A DNA stretch of 64,000 nt from Lophium mytilinum (taxonomy: Eukaryota), in assembly GCA_010093605.1 (NCBI GenBank), contig MU004191.1:1286816-1350815 (forward strand). The letters are read 5' to 3'. A program made the translations under genes and the position numbers. A model generated the notes under the pieces. It did no database searches. It was not told the DNA's origin and saw only the letters and a program-made list of their open reading frames with translations. This document shows, piece by piece, positions 59,103 to 64,000 of the stretch (within the stretch, counting starts at the first letter, position 1; each line of letters opens with the position of its first letter).

Positions 59103-60395
59103 TTAGTCCTTCCAACCCCACCGCTTCTTAAACCACTGCAGAACATACACCAAAGCCACCAACACCGGAACTTCGATCAACGGCCCAACCGTACTCGCCA
59201 ACGCCTGCCCACTGGAAGCTCCATACACCGCAACGACAACCGCAATCGCCAGCTCAAAGTTGTTGCTCGCCGCCGTAAAACTCTGCGTACACGAGACTCT
59301 ATACCCAAACCCAAGCTTCCTGCACAACAGCACCGTCACACTAAACATGACAAGGAAATAGATAATCAACGGCGCGCAGACCCTCAGCACCGATGTAATC
59401 TGATTAACAACATGTTTTCCTTGCGACGCAAACAGCACAATGATAGTGTAGAGCAGCCCGATCAGCGACCACGGCCCAACATACCGAATAAACCGCCGCT
59501 GATACGTCGCCTCCCCCAACGCCCTCCGCAGCACCAACCGCGTCACGATCGCCGCACCGAGCGGGATGCCCAGGAAAACAGCAACACTCGTAGCAACTTT
59601 CCCATACCCCACCGTCACGGCGTTGGACGAGCGGCTCACGATCTTGATGTAGAAGACGGCGAAGGGCGCGAAGAGCACGATCTGAAGAATCGAGTTGAAG
59701 GCGACGAGCACGGCGCAGTAGTCGCCGTCGCCGTGGGCGAGGTCGGTCCAGATCAGCACCATGGCGATGCAGCGCGCGATGCCGACGAAGATGAGACCTT
59801 CGCGCAGGTCTTGGCGGTCGGGGAGGAAGGCCCACGCCAGCGCGACCATGAGGAGGGGCGCGAGGATCCAGTTGAGGAGGAAGGAGAGCAGGATTTGGAT
59901 CCAGAGGTCGCGTGAGCGCAGGAGGAGGTGCAGGGTTTCGAAGCGGACTTTGCAGAGGATGGGGTACATCATTATGAGGAGGCCGACGGCTGGGGGGGTG
60001 TTAGGGGGGTGGGGTTGGGATAAGGGGGGGCTTGCCTATGGGTATGCTGACGCCGACGAACTGGCCTTTTTGGAGGGCGGGGCCGGTCGAGGGGACGGTG
60101 TTGCCGAGGATGATGCCGATGGCCATGGCGAGGATGATCCAGATGACTAGAAATCGGTCGAGGAATGAGAGGCCTCGGAGGGGTGGTAGATCAGGGGTGC
60201 CATCATCTGCTGCTGAACTGTTGACATAAATAAAACAATGTACGAAGTAACACTCTTACCTGGTGCTTCAATTCCTGAGACCGGTCCAGCGCCCTTCTCA
60301 ATATCTTGTCCGTCTTCTGTCGGATGTTTTGGTAGTCTTCCTAGCCCAGCATCAGGCCTTGGGTCAGAAACCACAGAATGCTCAGCCGTGTTCAT
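59103..60395 (-). CDS. ACR3: Arsenite efflux permease Acr3
   Basis: MMYPILCKV, GIARCIAMV, FNSILQ, AASNNFELAIAV, GPLIEVPVL. Two 5' introns. Confidence 0.95.
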
Positions 60396-62244
60396 TTTCA
60401 GGTGTATGATCGGTGGGAAGAAGGATGGAGGCCATATTAAAATCACGATTCAGCATTTTATATGTTTGGTGGTGGAGAGACGAAGAGCCAATGAGAGGCT
60501 GGCTGGATGTCATTTTGCCAAGACCCTTTGGCCAAAATCTGAGACCCCTGTCCCACTGGTGACATATCAACCACGATGCTTGACAACTGAGTAATTGCCC
60601 GCGGCCTGGATTGCTTCTTTTAGTTTCCATGAATTATATTCAAGCCGCCACAACATCAGCACGACTCCTACGTACAATTCTAGCCATAAAAGCGTGGAGA
60701 GAGGCACGCTACGCTCTACGTACCTGGTCCGATGATTTTCATAGCGCGTTCTCAGAATTACGCCAGCGTGATGTGAACGGTTACCAGTCATCTTCGCGTG
60801 AAAACATCCACACAGCGTAGTTGCTTCTGGCATACAAAACAACATTATGGCTGAGTAGCTTATTCTAATGCGGTAATTTTAAGCCTGGCTATAACTATAC
60901 TTAGGTGAAGTATTAGTCACCTAGTCGCGAGACCTTGACACTGGATCGTAGAGAAGCATTGCCTTTTCAACAGACCGATCTCATCAAAGGGCCGGTCGTT
61001 CGCCTTGAGGCGTGACTCTAACCAGTTGGCATATTACACAATGGCCTAAAGTACTGTACAATCCATTGCCACAAAGTGCTGCACCATGTGGTTATCATAT
61101 AGCGTGACCGAGCCTTTTTCCCCCTCTACCCGCGTTTGAAAGTCTATGCCACAGTGGATACGGTCATGGAGAAATTTCAAAAGCATGTCTGACTCGGGCT
61201 TCTTCACCTACCCTATAGAGAAAGATAAATAGAGAAGTTGAATTCTAACCTAGTAAGAACTACATTAGTAGCTATTACTAATAAAAAAGTAAGAAAGGTA
61301 GTTTAAGTATCAGAAGTGACATCGATTCTCTCTCATTATATAGTGTTTTATATTGATCTCTCTAAGGCTTCGGTTTCTAGCAATATAATGAACTTCTAGG
61401 AATCAAATGTGGTTGTTTCCACTTCTATCTGAGAGCACATATTCACTGCTTCTGAGGTTAATTCAGCGAGTCCAACGGATCTTCCTTGGTATAAGTTTCG
61501 TGTTCAAACGCGTAGTTGGGTATCTTGATATCTTCAGTGACATGTCTTTCCACTTCGCGTTTCAGCTTTCTAACGTTTTCTCCGGCGACACAATCTTATC
61601 AATCCGGATCTTTTCATCTCCACATTCCCGTGTCTTGCCTCTCTTCTTTGCCTTTTCCTTGCATCGTACGTGTCCCGTGTCGTCATCTTACGATGATTGT
61701 AGCCTCATATGGCTTCCAAGAAGAGCTTACGATGTCACTGTTTGCCTTCGTGCCCGTGAAAGTAACCTTGCTGCGGTTCTCTGCCGCTTTCTCGGCAGCA
61801 GTCTAGTCTCTGCAGATCGCAAGGTCCTGAGTATCGTCTCTCATGACATGTAGACAGCTTCGTGCCGCGAATGAATTCATCTTGTTTCGTACATTGCGAT
61901 GTTCGCAGTTGATGATTGGCATCGCAGCCAAGCGAAACAGAGCTGCAACCAACAACGGCAAGACGGCCGTTCTCTCATGCATCAGCTCCAAACGCCTCTA
62001 TCTGCACCTCAGCCTGCAAGCGTGCGTAAGTCCATGAATAGGCGTCGCAGTAGTAGCTCACAAGGGCGACTTAGCCAATCAAGACGCATGAGAATGTCAG
62101 CCAGCCTCAGCTGAGCCGGGCGCCACCACTTCTAGAATAGACTTTAAAGCGACGAGACTGCACCTAATCTTTTCAAAGCAAACTCAGTCAGGCTCGACTT
62201 CTTCAGCTCGGATTGTGGTGCTGTTCTGTTCGAGCTTCCCCACA

Positions 62245-63829
62245 ATGCTCTCCGCCGGAAGATCGACTGCCTTGGTAGCACTAGTCTACTTTGTCTCTAG
62301 TACGGCTTCACATTCACTCGTAAGGATAGGGCTAGCGCTGTATATCTGCTAACGCTTTTTAGGTCTTCTTACATTCACTACCGCGGCTCGTGCTCCACGC
62401 ATAAACGCGATTGTAGCAAGAGAAGATAATGCTGCGTCTTCTGCCTTTGTGTATGGGGTTGATGGCGGAAACATCAGTTTCGCCATAACTGCCGTCAAAT
62501 CAAACGGTGACATCTGGTTCCATATGGCCGCACCTTCAAAATACTCTTACATTGCATTCGGTACTGGCACACAGATGGACGGCTCGACAATGCTCCTTGC
62601 GTATGCCAGTTCAGATGGTAAAGGTATTTTCACGCTCCTAATCTAGACAGCCAAAGCCTCAAGCTTTCCACTACATGTTCTCAATACTCACTCCCTTCAG
62701 GGGCAACACTTTCCCCTCGCACCTCCGGGGACCACGTCGAGCCGGAGTACAGCTCCAAGATCAAATGCAGCCTCGTTACTGACGGGTTCGAGAACGGTGT
62801 CATAAACAAGACTCTCCTCGTGAACGGCCACTGCACGAACTTCACCGCCGCACAATCCGGCCAGAAAGGGGATTCAAAACTCAATTTTGACTCCACCCAG
62901 CAGTCCTTCATCTTTGGTCTTGGCCCAACAACCCATACGCTCCACTCGAACGACTTGCATGCTGGCATCCGGCGGCATACCGAGTACGGCACCTTCGAGA
63001 TGGATATGACCAAGGCTAGCGTGCAGGACGACGACAGAGTGACCGTTCCCACTGGCGCTGCGGTGTGGACGAACTCGAATACGGGGAAGGCTGAGGATGT
63101 GACGACTGGAGATATGGACTACATCATTCCCATCCACGCCGCGGCTATGTGCGGCGCATTCGTGCTACTCTATCCCAGTGGCGTGCTCCTTCTGCGGGTC
63201 CTAGAAAAAGTACTGTGGCACGCCTGGATGCAAGGTCTAGCAACCATCGTAGCCATTCTCGGAGTGGGACTAGGGATCAAGCTCAGCCTAACTTACAACC
63301 ACGTAAGATCCTACCCTCTCTCAAGTCTCTGTTTTTACGTCGGACCGTTCTTTTAGCGTCCCCTAACCTCTTCCAGTCCAAATCTTTCAACAGCGCCCAC
63401 CAACTCCTCGGCCTCGTGGTCGTCCTCGCCTGCATCGTCCAATTCGCCCTCGGCTACCTCCACCATCGTGCCTACAAGCGCACGCAGCGGCCCACGCCCC
63501 TCGGCCGCATCCACCGATTCGCCGGGCCTGCGATTCTTCTGATTGGCATCGCCAACGGTTTCCTAGGCTTCGACTTTTCCGATGCAGCAAAACACAACCT
63601 CATGTATGGTATTGTGGTCGCGGTGGTGCTCGTCGCCACTGTGGGGTTGCTAGTTTGGGCCCGAATGCGGAACAGGCGGCGGGCGAAGAAGGCGACCAGT
63701 CAGGAGTTCGGGCTGCCGGGGTATGAAGGGATGAGAGGGGAAGTAGGGGATGATAGTAGTGGGTATGATGCAAGTAGGTATGGGAGCAATGTGCACCTAG
63801 GAGCTATGCAGCCGAGGCCGATGATGTAA
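62245..63829 (+). CDS. Signal peptide + DOMON (CDH-cytochrome-like) + cytochrome b561 membrane protein
   Basis: FGTGTQMDGS, LSPR..G.HVEP, GIRRH..YG.F.MD. His ligands in IHAAAM, WHAWMQ, AHQLLG and IHRFAG. Confidence 0.88.
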
Positions 63830-64000
63830 TGGGTGGAGTTTTTCATGAGATGAATACGGAGATTGGCTCACAACAATTTTCTTCCGCCTAATTTCTCGTC
63901 ATTGATAGCGTTAGCGGTTATCTGAAGATCAAAACCTGAAGATATAGAAATGGTTGAAGAAAAGAACCTTGCCACTGTAGAAAACCCACTTTTCACCATT

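Noticed and set aside
61407..62114. Possible degraded gene between ACR3 and the DOMON gene
   Set aside because: Fragments look vaguely coding on the minus strand, but no family motif could be recognised.

Overview
Genomic DNA of a filamentous ascomycete (Pezizomycotina: short GT-AG introns with CTRAC branch points, and a RIP-mutated transposon). It holds about 25 protein genes, 4 pseudogenes or relics, 1 intron-containing tRNA-Asn and 1 RIP-destroyed pogo/Fot1-type transposon. Housekeeping genes are a PlsB/GNPAT-like acyltransferase, IMP4, IPI1, MRPS12, YND1, PMC1, DAD1, RHO4 and LCB3. Two accessory regions stand out. (1) 4.7-18.5 kb is a candidate undescribed N-heterocycle/nucleobase catabolic cluster: a DszA/NtaA-type flavin monooxygenase, a CYP504-like P450, an NCS1 permease, a non-canonical alpha/beta hydrolase and a Ppr1/UaY-like Zn2Cys6 regulator. 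It is interleaved with IMP4/IPI1 and has a CGG-N15-CCG motif in three promoters. (2) 25-35.4 kb is a cell-death/allorecognition-type island: a HeLo-like+2x ubiquitin-like+Zn-finger pseudogene, the RIPed transposon, one intact het-6-like gene and one frameshifted HET gene. Other notable signals are an 866-nt intron, calcineurin docking motifs and twin uORFs at PMC1, an F-box/TM/J-domain-like pseudogene, and recurrent C-to-G skew switch points. All calls come from motif recognition by eye; no database searches were run.
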